This document shows, piece after piece, positions 47,301-61,895 of a stretch of DNA of 64,000 nt (the stretch's first letter is position 1; the number at the start of each line of letters is the position of its first letter). A model generated the notes under the pieces. It was not told the DNA's origin and searched no databases. It was given only the letters and a program-made list of their open reading frames with translations. Location of the stretch: the NCBI RefSeq assembly GCF_009914755.1, contig NC_060932.1. One strand, given 5' to 3'. The position numbers and the translations under genes are program-made. The stretch is from the human T2T-CHM13v2.0 reference genome, Homo sapiens.

Positions 47301-50263
47301 TCGCTTTACAGCTGCTACAATTCTTTTGGGCCATTAGGCTTAAGGGGATCTATTAAAAATATAATTTTATGATGTCAAATTCAAGAGAAAAATGGAAGAT
47401 ATTGGACTTGGGCAGAAAGGTGAACTATTTCTAAGCAAATAAAGAAAGCCACTCTACCCATTATTCTTTTTTTTTTTTAATAAACAAGTTGAGAAAACTC
47501 TTCTGCTCATCCATTATACTTTCTTAGCAAAACTCCAAACTAGGCTCAACCTTAGCAAAACTCCAAACTAGGCTCAAGCCTGCTCTTTGTCTAAATCTGT
47601 ATTGCCAAGTCCTGCTAAAGAAAATTATAGAACCACTGAGATGAGTATGATTAAAACTACAGTCAGTGACCCAAACTGGGCCCTCAACGCTCAGGATTTA
47701 TTTATTCTCCCAAAGCTCCATTCTCCTCAATCCTAGACCCATGTGTGCTGCTTTGCGTTCTACTTCACTGAGAAACTAGATGCTGCTGCAATGGATATCC
47801 CTCTATTTCCCACTGAGGAGCCTATAAAACCACCCTCCCTCCTTCATTCTGTACTGTAAGAGACATTACTCTTTCAGTCTAAGATTATTGGACTCCACAG
47901 TGATCTGGGTCCCAGCACCTATAACTCTCACAGGGACCTCGCTCTATTGATAAATCTCTCCTTCTTGCTATTTCTACTTCTCTCTTTCTATTGGCCTCTT
48001 CCCACTATTATTTCAATATGCTTAAGTCGTTTTCTTCTTACAAAATGAAACCCCCACTTAAACCCACATCTGCCTCCAGCTTCCATGCTCCTTTCTTTTA
48101 TAGTCATGCTTCTGGAAAAAATATTGTCCTTATATGAATGGAAGTATGTTTAAGTTATTAATACCAAATAATTACTCACAATATTTCACACATCTCTTTC
48201 TCCCTATTTAAGCAGGTAATTGCCTTTTTGATCATTTTCTCAAGAGAATGATTGACCGGGGAGAAATTAGAATGTGACTTTGAGTCTTCTCTTTAATTCC
48301 ATTGTGAAAAAAGATGTTCAGACTGTAGATAAAATATTTGGGGAAGGAGAGAAAAGAATTGCTGTGCTTGCCCTGTCATTCCCTCTCCCTGTTGAAGGAT
48401 GCATTTGGGTTGAGGGTAGGAAAGAAGAAGGGCAAGTAGCCTCATAGATGTGGCACTTCCCAGTGAGGGCAGTAGATTGAGAGGACAAAGGTAGAAGGCC
48501 TCGCTCTTTAGGAGGCCCCAGAAAGAAATGTCTTCCTTGTGTATCTAGCCATTGGGACCATGAATGCTTGTTTCCAAAGTGTGGCATAGAAGTTGAGTGG
48601 GAGCCTCAGAACTTAAGAGGCCCTGAAAGCGCAAACAGGGGATGTCTAAGTTAGAAGCATCCTGTATGTATCAATGGGTGAAAAACACCCTCTCGCAACA
48701 TTCCCGAGTGCCAAACCTCCTCCGAAACTTGATTAGATCCCAAAGATGGGAGAAGCCTCCAAAAGAGGTGATAGTTTGTGTCTCTCTAACATGTGCAATT
48801 GAAACAGCATAACCAAATATCTAGGCTGAAATTTATGTCAAGGTAAGCAACAACCTTCATTCTTGCTAAATCTAATTTATGTGTTTTAGACATTTTCATA
48901 TTTGACCTATTACAGGTGACTTAGTTGACCATTCCTTCCTTTAAACCCTCTCTTTTCGTGGAATTCATGACACTAAAAAATTCTGATACTTTTACTATTA
49001 TTTTTTTTTTTTGCAATTCAATCTCTCTTATGAATTCTTCTACTGCTTGCTCTGTAACTGATGCTACTTATTCTTTCATTTAACAAATGTTTGTTCAGTA
49101 TCCACCATGTAGCTGGCACCGTTCTCAGCACTGGGCATACAACAATCAACAAGGCAAATTTGGCCCCTTCCCTTATAGAGTTTACAGTCTAGTGTAACTG
49201 AGAAACTGAATGTGAACAAGGACCTGATGAGTGAGACCCAACATGAACCAAGACCAGGTTTGAATCACACACTTCCATCCCACTCCATGATTTTGCCAGA
49301 AATAATTAATTCAAATTCCTCTGTAGTAAGGACTTAGACATCTCTAAAGCAAGCCAGATATCTGTTTAGAAGCTCTGGCCACCTTTCATCCATCTGCCTC
49401 GTGGATCTTATCTCTTGAAATCTTTTAGCACTTCAAACTCAAGATCTCAAAAATTGGTCTGTTTTCTTATTCTGTGAATGGCATCCTATTATCAGGCAAA
49501 GCACTTGCCTCTTGTTCTTTTTTTCTCTCTTACCTTCATCCTAAGTTCCTAAGTTCTATTATGATATATCCTATCACTTGAATTTACCCCCTATTAACTC
49601 TTGCCTAGATTACTAAAAAAGGTGCCTAACTGCTCTCTATTGGTTTTAATCAAATCCCACTCAAACCATTCTTCACAGTACAGTCAGAGCCACCTTTTTA
49701 AAAATATATAATTTGGGAGTGGGATTTTTAAGAAAAATAATACAAAAGAATACAGCTTTTATCAGGACTCTCTCTGCTTAAAACTCTTCAGTGATTTCCC
49801 CAATATTCTTGAAGGAAAGCCCACCCATTCATATGGCCCATAAGTTACTGCCTGATGTTATACCTATAACCCTTCCTACTCTCATCTCCTCCCCAAAACC
49901 TATGCCCTTGAATACCATTCCTGCATCTCATAGCACAATTTAGTAATCTAATTTTTTTTCCAATTTTTTAGTCATGCCATGAACTCTGTTACATCCAGTT
50001 CTTTCTATCAGGAGTTTTACATTATTGCCATTTCCTTCCCACCTTCATTGGGAAACTCCTAATTCATCCTTCAAGTCTTGGCTTTGACTTTGTGGAGGAG
50101 TTGTATCCCTCCAGCAGGTTGCCATGCGGTACTTTTCTTGTAATATCCCTTAATCACTTTGTATTGTGATATTTACTTATTTGTAACCTTCCATCAACAG
50201 TAAGCCTTTGAGGGCTAAGATTCTCTATTATTTTCACCATTGTCTCACATGTATGAATGCTTG

Positions 50264-50352
50264 ATATATATATATATTTATATATAAATATATATATTTA
50301 TATATAAGTATATATATAAAATATATATATACTTATATATAAATATATATAT
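50264..50352. repeat. (TA)n-rich simple repeat
   Basis: Interrupted TA run of about 90 bp. Confidence 0.95.
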
Positions 50353-50569
50353 GTACACACTTTACATGTACTTATTGGCATTTTAAATAAATAAATGTAT
50401 GCATACTGTAGAACTTCTAAATGGAACTAAAGCTAGCAATATTTATAGTAGACCAAGAAGGCTTTTGAGTTTTTCATTTGACTAAATGCTATATGAGATG
50501 CTGAGAGATCTTAGGTAGTGACCCCTGTTATTAGGCAGATGAAAAACTGTCACCTGGATTTCCCTTTAA

Positions 50570-51112
50570 GGAAGACTTACTGTGAAGCTGGTGGAGCTGA
50601 AATTTCAGAGCCCCTCAGATGCACAGTATCTTCCAAAGTCCCAGAAGGGACCTACCAGTGTAATCACAGTCCTGTGATATTGTAAATTTTAAAAAAGCAC
50701 AGTATTTTAACCACAGTGGTCTCTTTCACTCCAGCTTCTCTTCTGTCATTATTTTTCCTGTTATCCTGTCATGCTGGATTAGCTGGAGGCATTTCTGAAA
50801 ACTGGCTAAGGGGAAACTGAATCCTGGATACATTTAGTTTGGATTTCGTGGGATATACTAGTTGAATTGGCAGTTATTTCTGTTCAAGTAAGTTGTCATT
50901 AACTAATTAAAATATTACATTATTTTTCTGGATGTTCTGATGTTTGTTGTTTTAGTCAGTTTTTTAAAGTTTGTAATTTTAATGAGTTCTTTTTTATAAT
51001 TAATAGATAATAACTTTTATACTTAATTTTGTATATATAATTTTGTATTTTTTTCCTTAAAGGGCCTACTCCCAAATTACATAAGTTTCTGGCCCCACAT
51101 TTACCTGGATGT
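50570..51112. mobile_element. MER53-related hAT element
   Basis: Ends resemble MER53 (TTACTGTGAAGCTGG..TTCAGAGCCCCTCA; CATAAGTTTCTGGCCCCACA..CCTGGAT) with a longer interior. Confidence 0.5.
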
Positions 51113-52299
51113 TTCTTCAGTTTTTCTGAATATAAACAAAAGGAATGGACTGTGGGGCAGGAGGAAACAGACTGTGGGTTCTCTCCCAATCTGTTTTCTA
51201 CTTATCTTCCTGGCAAGGTCCTGTTAAGATGTCAAGAGTCACAGAGTCACACTGATGGCAGGGAATGCGGAGCCTGGAAAGAAGACACTTCATTTCCAGG
51301 TCCCAATGTGCACTAAGACTGTCCTTAGAATGGTTCCTCTTCATTCCACTGACCACATTCTCTGAATTTGTCCCTTTACCACGGTCTACCCTATCCAACC
51401 CACTAAGAATGCTAAAATCATACGACACCTCCAGAAAACAATGCAGATGAAAAATGCCATAGATATTATGATACGTTTTTGTTTCCAACAGTTTTTTAAT
51501 CTGCCTTCTATCTGTACTAATACTGGAGATGGTCCCCTCCATCAAGAAGATCTTGATCTAATAAAGGTGGAGACAGGAAAATAGGCAACCGCACATAATC
51601 CCAAGCACACACAGCTGATGACCCAGATGTCTATCTTTAGGATGGTCTTGCATTTTTGTACTTACTCAACAAATACAAATTGAACCCAAACTCTATGCAT
51701 AGAGTTATATATCTAAATGGGAGGCAGACAAAGAAAGTACTCAACTGTGACCTTTGTCAAAATAGTGTCTGATTTTAACTGGAACCAAGAGATACCAGTG
51801 AACTGTCAGTTGACAGTCTCAGGAAAATCTCACCATGGTTAATTGAAAGCAGAGAAACAAATTTCAGTTTCTGCCAAAAAGCCTTAGTGGTGTTTAAATA
51901 AGTTAACATGTGTAAAATGATCTAATGTTGAAAATATTCTGCTTCTGCTTCATAATCAAAATGAAAAAAACCCTCAGAGGAAATGTAAAATTATGAGCTT
52001 GTCTGCCAGCTTCACTAAGGCATACATCTCTTAGCTTCCAACTAGACAATTGGCTATTTCATGTTATTACATAGCAACACGACCGTTCTCAACAGTAAAT
52101 GACTAATCAGCAAGGGATAGGGAATAATGTCATTTGTTTTCAGGAAATCTCAGGAAAGTAAAGAAAATATGCTGTATCTAAGCTGCAATTAGCATGCATA
52201 CTATGCTAAACTTTCTTCTCTCTCTTGTGTGATTCTCACCCTGATGGAGTGTAATGTTTTATAAGGTCAAGGAAAGAAAATTAAGCCTCTGCAGCAGAG

Positions 52300-52490
52300 G
52301 TATCATTTATTGAGAATCTGTTATTTCCATGTATTATCACGCTGAATTCTCACAAGAACCCTGCAAGATAAATATTTTCATTTTACAAATGAGAACCCGG
52401 CTTCAAACAAGTTACATAACATACCCAACGCAGCTAGTAAGTAGTTGAGTCAGAATTTAGACTCAAGTCTTTCTGCACCAAGTTATATTC
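52300..52490 (-). mobile_element. MIR
   Basis: AATTCTCACAAGAACCCTGCAAG..CATTTTACAAATGAGAA core. Confidence 0.7.
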
Positions 52491-55400
52491 TGTGGCACAA
52501 TGCAAGGTATTTAGTTCCTCTATATATGACTCCGGCTTGTTTAGACTTTTCAAAAGGCCACTCCTTGGGCTTAGAAAGGATGTGAACAGAGCTGGCCACC
52601 ACAGATACCTAGCTGACTCTGATCACCATGGGGCATAGAGTATACACACTGCATAGAGTTGGCCCCTGTAATACTTCTGTCGAAAAGCAGTGTCTAGAAG
52701 GGATGGCCTTGGAGGTGTTAGTTGATTGCTCTAGAAAATATGGGTGAATTTGGGAAGACTGGTCCTTTTTCCTTCTACATCTCAGATATCAACTGAGAGA
52801 ACTAACTCTTCCCCTAAAGTCATCACATAAATATGCCTAATACCATGCAAGAAATCTGCCTAGATAGATAAAATCCATCCAGTCCTTCATAGCATTAAAG
52901 GCATGCCCTTCCATGTTTCAATGTTTGGCTCTCTTTTGATCACAGGATAAATCCAAACTCTCAAGAATAGCAAATCTTTAAATAACTACTCCTTACCCTA
53001 ACCCATGTGTCCTCTAACACAGGGAACAATTCAATATTTTCCAACCTTCTTTTTACTTTCACATTTCTGTATGCCTTGGCTCACTGTATTCCATCTCCTG
53101 GAAATGCCTCCTGCACCTGCTTCTCTGGTAAAACTCTTGGTTCTCCAATATGTAGCTCAGTTAAAGTATTTCTGAAGAATCTCTTGATCCCTTCAAGCAA
53201 AATTAACTTTTACAGCCTCTGAGCTCCTGAAATAATTTGTGTAGGCCTTTATGAGAGCATTAATAATATTATAGCATGATTACGTAACTGTCTACCTGTC
53301 TTAGTCGTCTACTGGATTACATTATTTCCTATTTCCTATTCATATCTCTAACTAGGTTCAATAAATAAATGGGTAATGTCCTCATTTATCAGGCTTCACT
53401 CTTTCTTCTATTTTATTTAAGTTAAAGTCTTATACTATATTTGTCTTCTTTTCTCTTTTGGTAGTATGAACTCAGAGTATTTGATTTGAGGGAAATGTAT
53501 AGTTATATTCCAGAAGCCAAAAGAGAAGAAGAAGGAACAGAAGTAGAAGGGGTGGTTATAGAACTAGTAAAAGGAGGCAGAGCTGGGGACATTTTTTACC
53601 AGGCTTTCTGCAATGAGAATAATCTGTTTTTGAATGAGTCTTTTTTTTTTCTTGCCCTCTCTGTTAGAATGCAGTTACACATGTCACATTTGAAATGTTC
53701 CTAGGAGAGGATGAATACAAAGCATGACAAAAAGGTCTTTTTCTAAACTGTCCAATATTCTTTAGAGATACCTTAGTTCAACTGAGGTCATGGGTAAACA
53801 GATAGATGTATTGCTCATTGAACTGAGTGCAGCATGGTACAGTTGAAAAAACATGCAGATTGCAGCTAGAAGTCCTGAGGTTGCTCACCAGCTTTGCCAT
53901 TTATACACAGTGTGTCCCTGGACAGGTTATATAACTTCTCCATGCCTCACCCCACTAGCCCCCAACATTAGAATTACAACAGCTCCAAATAGCATAAAAT
54001 ATCTCAATGTCTGGTTCAGAGTAAGTGCTCATTAATGCTATTTATCTTCCTTTGAAAAAAAAAGACATTTTTACATTAAGAATTAAGTATATTCAGCAAT
54101 TTCCTCAAAATTACAATGGATATAATGGGAAATTTTTCTAATTCCTCCAGTCCTTAGTTTGAGAAATGCTATAGAATGCTGGTTGTAACATAAGTGAGAC
54201 AGAATTAGTTATCCCAGATGGGAAAGTAAGGACAGTACTGAGCTTGAATTCCTTTTAATGAACTCCCCTGCTCCAGATAATGAAAAGAAAGTTCTATTTC
54301 TTGGATCTTGGAAAGAAATGTTTTTAGAGAGAAAACCATACATATTATTCATGCTGACAATATGGATATGCTCAACCTATGAACCAAAACAGTCTTAGTT
54401 AATGACAAGCTGTAATATGCATTTTTGCTAAAATGTACCTAATTGGAAGCTTTCATAAATTGTTTGTGTGGTTTTCCCTTTTTCCTTTCAAAATAAATAA
54501 GTACATACATAAATAAAACTGGGGTGTTTGTGGTAAAATACCCCAGATTGTTAGTGAACAGGTTTATCCTGAACTTTTCTATTTCCATATAGTAAATATC
54601 ACTGCTGAGTGTCAATAATGTTAGAATTTACTTCAGAAAAATGCTACTAATGGTATAATTTGAGCACCATCTATATGTATATAGTATTTTATTAAGGTAA
54701 CATGAGCACAGTATGACACTACTTGTGCAATTTTGAAAGGTTAATTGAATTGTTGAACAATATTTTAATTTATTCTAATTTGCTTCATTGGAATTCTTCC
54801 TTCTAATAGTTTTGAATATCTTTGCATGCATTAAAGTCTACTAAATTCCTTTTTACCCAAATATACATTTGTGGCCACATTTGAAATTTGAACCCCATTG
54901 TTAGCTAAATGTCAAACCCTTTAAAAATCTTTTCATTAAAGCTCTTTTTTTTTTTCCTGAGAGTTGAAGTCATCTTATTCACATTATTTCCTGAAAAAGA
55001 AAGTGCCTGGTTATCCAAAAGTCTTATTTCTATCTTTTATATAGGGTACAGATAAAGACTATAGTGCTTTTATAGGTGTGGCAATGTTGCCAAATAAATT
55101 TCTAGAATTTCATTTTTATAAGTACAAGTCAGAAAATTTGATAAATTGCAAGTGTGGAATCAGAGGCCTGTATGTTAAAATAGATCATTACTATACAAGC
55201 AAGTGGCACACTGCTACCACCATAAGACATTTTCATTATTTCCCATTCACAACAGACACCATGATTTTCCCACCAGTCATAAAGATCATCTTAAGTAAAG
55301 AGATAGAGCAACAATTTCAGAATGAGATGTTTTAAGAATATTTTATGAACTTATTCCAAAAATCAGTGAGTAAAACAGAGAAAATAAATTCACTCTTGAG

Positions 55401-55699
55401 TTCTAGATTCTACAGTCAAATCCACACCAACAGTCAGAGGGTGTCCTTTTTCTGTCTTTTAGAATTACAGATGTGAGAAAACTGCCACCAAAATATATTT
55501 TCAAAGTGTTAAAGTATACGTATCGGAAGATAAAAATCATGACTCTAAAAAACTTTATTTAACTCTTCAATTTATGAGGGACTCAATAAGTGTTATGACT
55601 GCCTCAAAAATATTCAAAATGCTAGGATATTTATAGGAGATTTAGCAAAGAAATGTTAGGATAAGATTGCTGATTTTGATTAAAAAGAAAAACGAAAGG

Positions 55700-56037
<338 letters not shown>

Positions 56038-58148
56038 TTATTTCACTAAACAAAAATTATTTTCATCGTTACTGGACAAAAATCTATCAGTAAGGTAACT
56101 TCATTAAGTCTGGGACCTTTTGTCAATAACTAACAATAAGATGAACTAAGAACATTCTTCTAGCCAGTCCTTGAGTGGCCTTTCCCCCAATATTATATGA
56201 AAAAAGCATACCACAATTTTATGCCTTTTTTCCAGTTTTTGATAATTTTTCTGACAAAAATAGTAAATTGTGCAGGCGATGCTTCTCAAAAGTTTTAAAG
56301 TACCACCAGTAAATATCTATATTTCACTAAAACACTGTTATGAGTATTGATTCTTTGGTTTGTTTTCTTGTATGTAAAGAATTGTAGAAAGCTCACTCCG
56401 TACTCTATTAGCAGATATGAAAATTGAGTTGCAAATCTGTAGTGAGTACTAAGGTTACACTTGAAATACACATTGTACTGTTTCATATTTTAAAGCCATT
56501 ACCTTTTTTTCATGACACATGAATTTCTATAGCTTTTGAAAGGGCAGAGTACACAGATACTCTCTATCATGGTTGTCAGATAAAATGACCTTGCTCTGAC
56601 CGATGTGGACCTACCCAGAATTACATTTCCACAAGGTTGATGAATTGTTTTTGCAATATCCATGTCTATATGCCTCTGCCTAAATACCAAGGTCTTTCAT
56701 GTTTCTCCCAAAATAGTTCTCTGCAATTTCCCAACATACAGGCTTGATTTGGGCACATATCAAGGTCACTTAGAGTCTCTGCATGAGGACAAAGGCTCTG
56801 AAGCCAGATTCATTGCTTTGAGTCCTGATTAAGAGGCTCCAGGCAAGTTGCTCAACCCCTCTAAGAACCTCTTCTCATTTTTAAAATGGGCCAATAACAT
56901 TACCCTCTATGGAGGGCTCCTGTGAAGATTAATGAATACATTTTAGTCATTTAGGGCATTAATTGTGGCACAGTGAGTGCACAATAATTGCATAATACGT
57001 AGGTTATATACAAATAAATATCATTGTATTTATAATAATAATAAAGTGTCAGCTTTTTTTGGTAACTTCAGCCTTCTCATTCTCTATTCTGTGTTTCTTA
57101 GATTTTTTTTTCTTTTCACTTTTGTCTCTCCTCCCACCTGGAAAATGCTCTCAATCTGTGCCATCTTTCAATGCTGTACCACAATCTCCAGTTTCTCTAA
57201 CTCCTAATGATCTCTTCTTCTAAACAGCCATTGCATTTAATTGTATATTACCTTACAACATTTGCTGCTATTTCACATATGCAGCTATTTCTGCTGTTAG
57301 ACATAAGCATCTTGAGGACGGTGTGACTTCAAGTGTGTACTAATTTTTATAAGGTATCCTTCTACCTAGGAAAACAGGCTCCAGCCTAAATGCTCCAGGC
57401 TTAAAATAAATTAGAATAAGGGTAATAAAAAGCAGGTACAGTGCCATTAAGCCAAACCTCTCCTCCCAACTACTCTGCACCCACCAATCTGTGGGTGTGA
57501 TGTCAGTTGGCTTCCACGGGAATCTATGCTTATGGGGCTGCTCTCTGCATTTGATTTTGCTGCTCTAGTGTCCCGGAGAGCAGTCTAAGAAAACACAGAT
57601 GTATAAAAGCCTGGGAAGACATCATGAAACAGTTCGTATTTTGTTTCCATCTTCAAGAAAATCTTTGGACTGTCTGTTGTGCACTAAACTAAACTGAGTA
57701 CCAGTGGTCTACAGGACATTGTTCTTTCTCTCAAACTGCTCACAGTTTTATGAGTACAACAAGAGTTTTACTAATTTATATTTTTGTAGATCCATAATAA
57801 TTTTAATAATCTGTATCAATTTTAAATATGAGACCAGAAAGATTTACAATCAATCTCAATTATGGATCATTTATTTGGTTCTCCACCTCTCCACTTATTT
57901 CTGCTCCCTAGATCTTTCTGTAACATGGTAGAGCTCTACGGGGAAAGAAGAGTTCACAAAAACTTTTTGCAGCCACCTTCAGCACAGCTCACACCACCAA
58001 CTACTTGAGCCCAAGCAGCACTTGTTCTGTGTACTGTGGCTCATCCCCAAATCGGTTCCATTGCTGCTGCTGCTGGTGGTATCAGAACTGAAGCTGTGTC
58101 TGCCCCCTGCATTTTTGCCATGATCCTCTGTGAAAAGTGTCCTTGTGT

Positions 58149-58260
58149 GTAGGCTCACCAGCTGTCCTAGTTGCCTGTGACTGTCTAGGTTTGAAGCACT
58201 GGAAGTCCAATGTCTCAGAAAATCCTGAACGCCCAAGCAAACTGGAATAGTTGGTCACTG
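58149..58260. mobile_element. MER81-like hAT (Blackjack) MITE
   Basis: CAGCTGTCCTAGTTGCCTGTGACTGTC..GCACTGGAAGTCC..GCAAACTGGAATAGTTGGTCAC with imperfect inverted ends. Confidence 0.65.
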
Positions 58261-58647
58261 GGACATATATGCACAGCTGAACCTTCTTCCAGGCAGTGTG
58301 TTAGAGACTCTGCATCCACCAACTCCTACACCAGGCACTAAGTCTACTTCCTGATTCTTTCTTTAAAGCATTTTAGGTCAATTTCTCCTGCTAGAATTCT
58401 GTATCACTCAACACCACTCTCCTGAAGGGATGAAATAGGTTACCAACAAGCATCATGCAGTGTTTTTCTGTTCCTCTCCTCTATGACAGCATTGGATTCT
58501 ATTATCCTTCCTCCCTACTATTGCCCTCAGCAGCTTTAGCCCCTCTTTCCTTCTCCTCTCCCTCCCTCCACCCAATCCCCAGAGGTTCTGCCTTTTGAGA
58601 AGAATCAACCATTAGCTCTCCAAAAGGTTGCATATTTGTCTGATTAC

Positions 58648-58949
58648 TTTTTGAGACAGAGTCTTGCTCTATCACCCAGGCTGGAGTGCAGTGTCATGAT
58701 CATGGCTTACTGCAGCTTCAACCTCCCAGGTTTAAGTGATCCTCCTGCCCCAGCCTCCCTAGTAGCTGGGACTATAGGCATGCACCACCATACCTGGATA
58801 ATTTTTTTATTATTTTATTTTTTAATTTTTTGTGGAAACGGGGTCTCACCATGTTGCCCAGCTGGTCTCAAACTCCTGGGCTCAAGCGATCCTTCCATCT
58901 TGTTCTCCCAAAATGCTGGGATTACAGGCATGAACCACTGTGCCTAGCC
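58648..58949 (-). mobile_element. AluJ
   Basis: Diverged dimer; TSD GTTGCATATTT on both sides. Confidence 0.9.
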
Positions 58950-59731
58950 AAGTTGCATATTTAAACATAACTCTTTAGTATTTCCTTATCATCTCTGAGC
59001 CAAGATTCTTACCTCAATGTCTACTTCTATCTACAGAAGAAAAATACATCCACCAACGATGATTTATTTAAATATCTGAGGCTGGAATCAAGGCCAATTT
59101 TCCTTTGGCCAGAGTATGTGTTCTGTATTTGGTTTTACCAAATGCTAAGTCCAAATGTAAAAAAATATACACCACTTTAAGAGTCTTAGGAATAAAATGG
59201 TAAAAGAAGTTGAAGAGCATCTCTAGCTAAATAAGGGTTGTCATTTGATTAATGCAAGAAAAATCAAATAGTCACAAAGCTCTCCAAACATCTCTCTTTC
59301 AGAATTAGAGCCATAATATACATTTGATTCCCCAAAAAACACATTTCTGAAAGTTCTAAGCTAGTGAAGATATGAATTGCTAATGAACCCTGCAGGATTC
59401 ATAATTATAACTTTGCAATCATGACACAACAATATGCTCAAAAGCAATGTTTGGGTACTCTTTGAACATAATTGATAGCTAAGCATATGCATTTTAGTGG
59501 TAGGTGATAAGAATCACACATAAAAGTTTTTATCTTGGTATAGCTGGAGGGGGCTATGTGAGGAGGTAAAATGATTATTTTACAGGAAAAAGAAGATGTC
59601 CTTATCTTGTGTGCCATAGATCTATCACATTCTCTGACAGGATTCTACTGAAATCCTTCAGGAGTTTCCTAGTGCTCTGCCTATAAAGGCCCCAATCCGT
59701 ATACGGCCTAAAAAGCTCTGCATGATCAAAA

Positions 59732-59960
59732 ACAGTGACTCTTACCTGGGGGCGATGATTTCACCCTTGCCCCCACCAGGGAACATGTGGCAATATCTGG
59801 AAATATTTTCAGTTGTTATAACTGAAGGGAAGGGATGTGAATGGCATCTAGTGTGTAGAGGCCAGAGGGTGCTGCTAAAATTGTGCAAAGGGCCACTCCC
59901 CACAACAGAGAATCATCCAGCCCCAAATGTTAATCAACAGTGCCAAGGTAGAGAACCTCG
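59732..59960. mobile_element. MER20 hAT MITE
   Basis: CAGTGACTCTTACCTGGGGGCGATGATTT..GGCATCTAGTGTGTAGAGGCCAG..CAGTGCCAAGGTAGAGAA. Confidence 0.85.
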
Positions 59961-61843
59961 ATATTAGCCCCTTTCTTTCTCTGGTTTCTTCTCATATCCC
60001 TCACTCCTTCCTGTACTGTGTTCCTATTTTATTTTCCTTTCCGTTCTTTAAATGGGCCCCTATCCTTCCCACAACTTGGACTTTGCCATTCTATTCCTGC
60101 TGCCAGAAGCTCCTCCTCCAGATTCCTCTCCCTTTCCTGGTTAACTATTATTTCTCCAGCTCTCAGCAATTAAAGCAATTTTTTCAGACTGTCTCGCCCC
60201 ATTAGACCAGATATCTCTGTTACACAGTCTCCTGACATGTTGCACTTTTCCTTCATAGCCTGTATCACAGTTTATAATTATGGGAATGCTCAATTACAGG
60301 CATACCTCAGAGATATTGGGGGCTTAGTTCCAGACCACTGCAATAAAGTGAATATCACAATAGAATACATGATATGAATTTTTTAGTTTCTCACTGCATA
60401 TAAAAGTTGTGTTCACCCTATGCCATGGTCTATTAAGTATGTAACAGCATAATGTTTAAAACAGCAGTGTAAAAGCTTTAATTTAAAAATACGTTAGAGC
60501 TGAAAAATACTAACAACCATTCAAGCCTTCAGTGAGACCTAATCTTTCTCCTGGTGGGGGGGTCTTCCTGATGTTGATGGCTCCTGGCTGATGGGGCAGC
60601 AGTTGCTGAAGGTTAAGGTGCTTTTGACAATTTCTTAAAATAAGAAACCATGAAGTTGATCACATCAGTTGATTCTTTTATGAAAGATTTCTCTGCACCA
60701 TGTGATGCTCTTTGACATCATTTTACCCACTTTCAAAATTGGAGTCAGTCCTCTCAAACTCTGCCACTGCTTTGCCAAACTAAGTTGATGTAATCTTCTG
60801 AATCCTTTGTTGCCATTTCAGCAATGTTCACGTCATCTTCACCAGAAGTAGAATCCACCTCAAAAAAAGAACAACAACAAAAAAAAAGTTTCTTTACTCA
60901 TCCATAAGAAGCAACTCCTCATCCATTACAGTTTAATCATAAGATTGAAGCAATTCAGTAATGTCTTCAGGTTCCACATCTAATTCTAGTTATTTTGCTA
61001 TTTCCACCATCTCTGCAGTTACTCCTCTACTGAAGTCTTAAACTCCTCAAAGTCATTCATGAGAACTAGAATCAGTGTCTTCCAACCCCCAATTAATGTG
61101 GATATTTTTACCTTTTCCCATAAATCACAAATGTTCACAATGTCATCTAGATGGTAAATTCCTTCCAGAAGGTTTTCAATTTACTTTGCCCAGATCCTTC
61201 AGAAAAATCGCTATCGATGGCAACTATAGCCTTGTAAAAGGTCATTCTTGAATAATAAGACTTGAAGTCCAGATTACTCCTTGATCCATGGGCTGCAGAA
61301 TAGATTTTGTGTTAGCAGACATGAAAACAATGTTAATCTCCTTGCACGTCTCCATCAGACGCATCCTGGGTGACCAGGTGCATTGTCAATAAGCAGTAAT
61401 ATTTTTGAAAGGAATCTGTTTTTCTGAGCAGTAGGTATCACTAATGGGCTTAAAATATTCAGTAAACCATACTATAAACAGATGTGCTGTCATCCATGCT
61501 TTGTTCCATTTATAGAGCACAGACAGATTAGATTCAGCATAATTCTTAAGTACTCTAGGGATTTTGGAATGGGAAATTAAGGTTGGTTTCAACTTAAAGT
61601 CACCAGCTGCATTAGTCTCTAATTAGAGAGTCAGCCTGTCCTTCCAAAGCTTTGAAGCCAGGCACTGACTTCTCTAGCTGTAAGAGTTCTAGATAGCATC
61701 TTCTTCCAATATAATATAAGGCTATTTTATGCACTTTGAAAATCTGTTGTATCGTGTAGCCATCTTCATCAATTATCTTAGCTAGATCTTCTGGATAATT
61801 TGCTGCAGCCTCTACATCAGCAATTGCTGCTTCACCTTGCACT

Positions 61844-61895
61844 TTTAGTAAAAGGAGAAAGATGCATATGATCTGAAGAGAAATCACCAGAGTAT
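61844..61895 (-). pseudogene. RNU5: 3'-truncated (tailless) U5 snRNA retropseudogene
   Basis: Minus strand ATACTCTGGTGATTTCTCTTCAGATCATATGCATCTTTCTCCTTTTACTAAA matches U5 from nt 1 to ~49; 15-bp TSD CA(C/T)CTTGCACTTTTA at 61833-61847 and 61896-61910. Confidence 0.88.

Noticed and set aside
51802-51817. Palindrome ACTGTCA-GT-TGACAGT (two TALE-homeodomain half sites)
   Set aside because: 7-bp arms arise by chance in 64 kb; no conservation or chromatin evidence available
57979-58236. 85-aa Ser-rich ORF
   Set aside because: No ATG start, begins within a MER81-like element, low complexity
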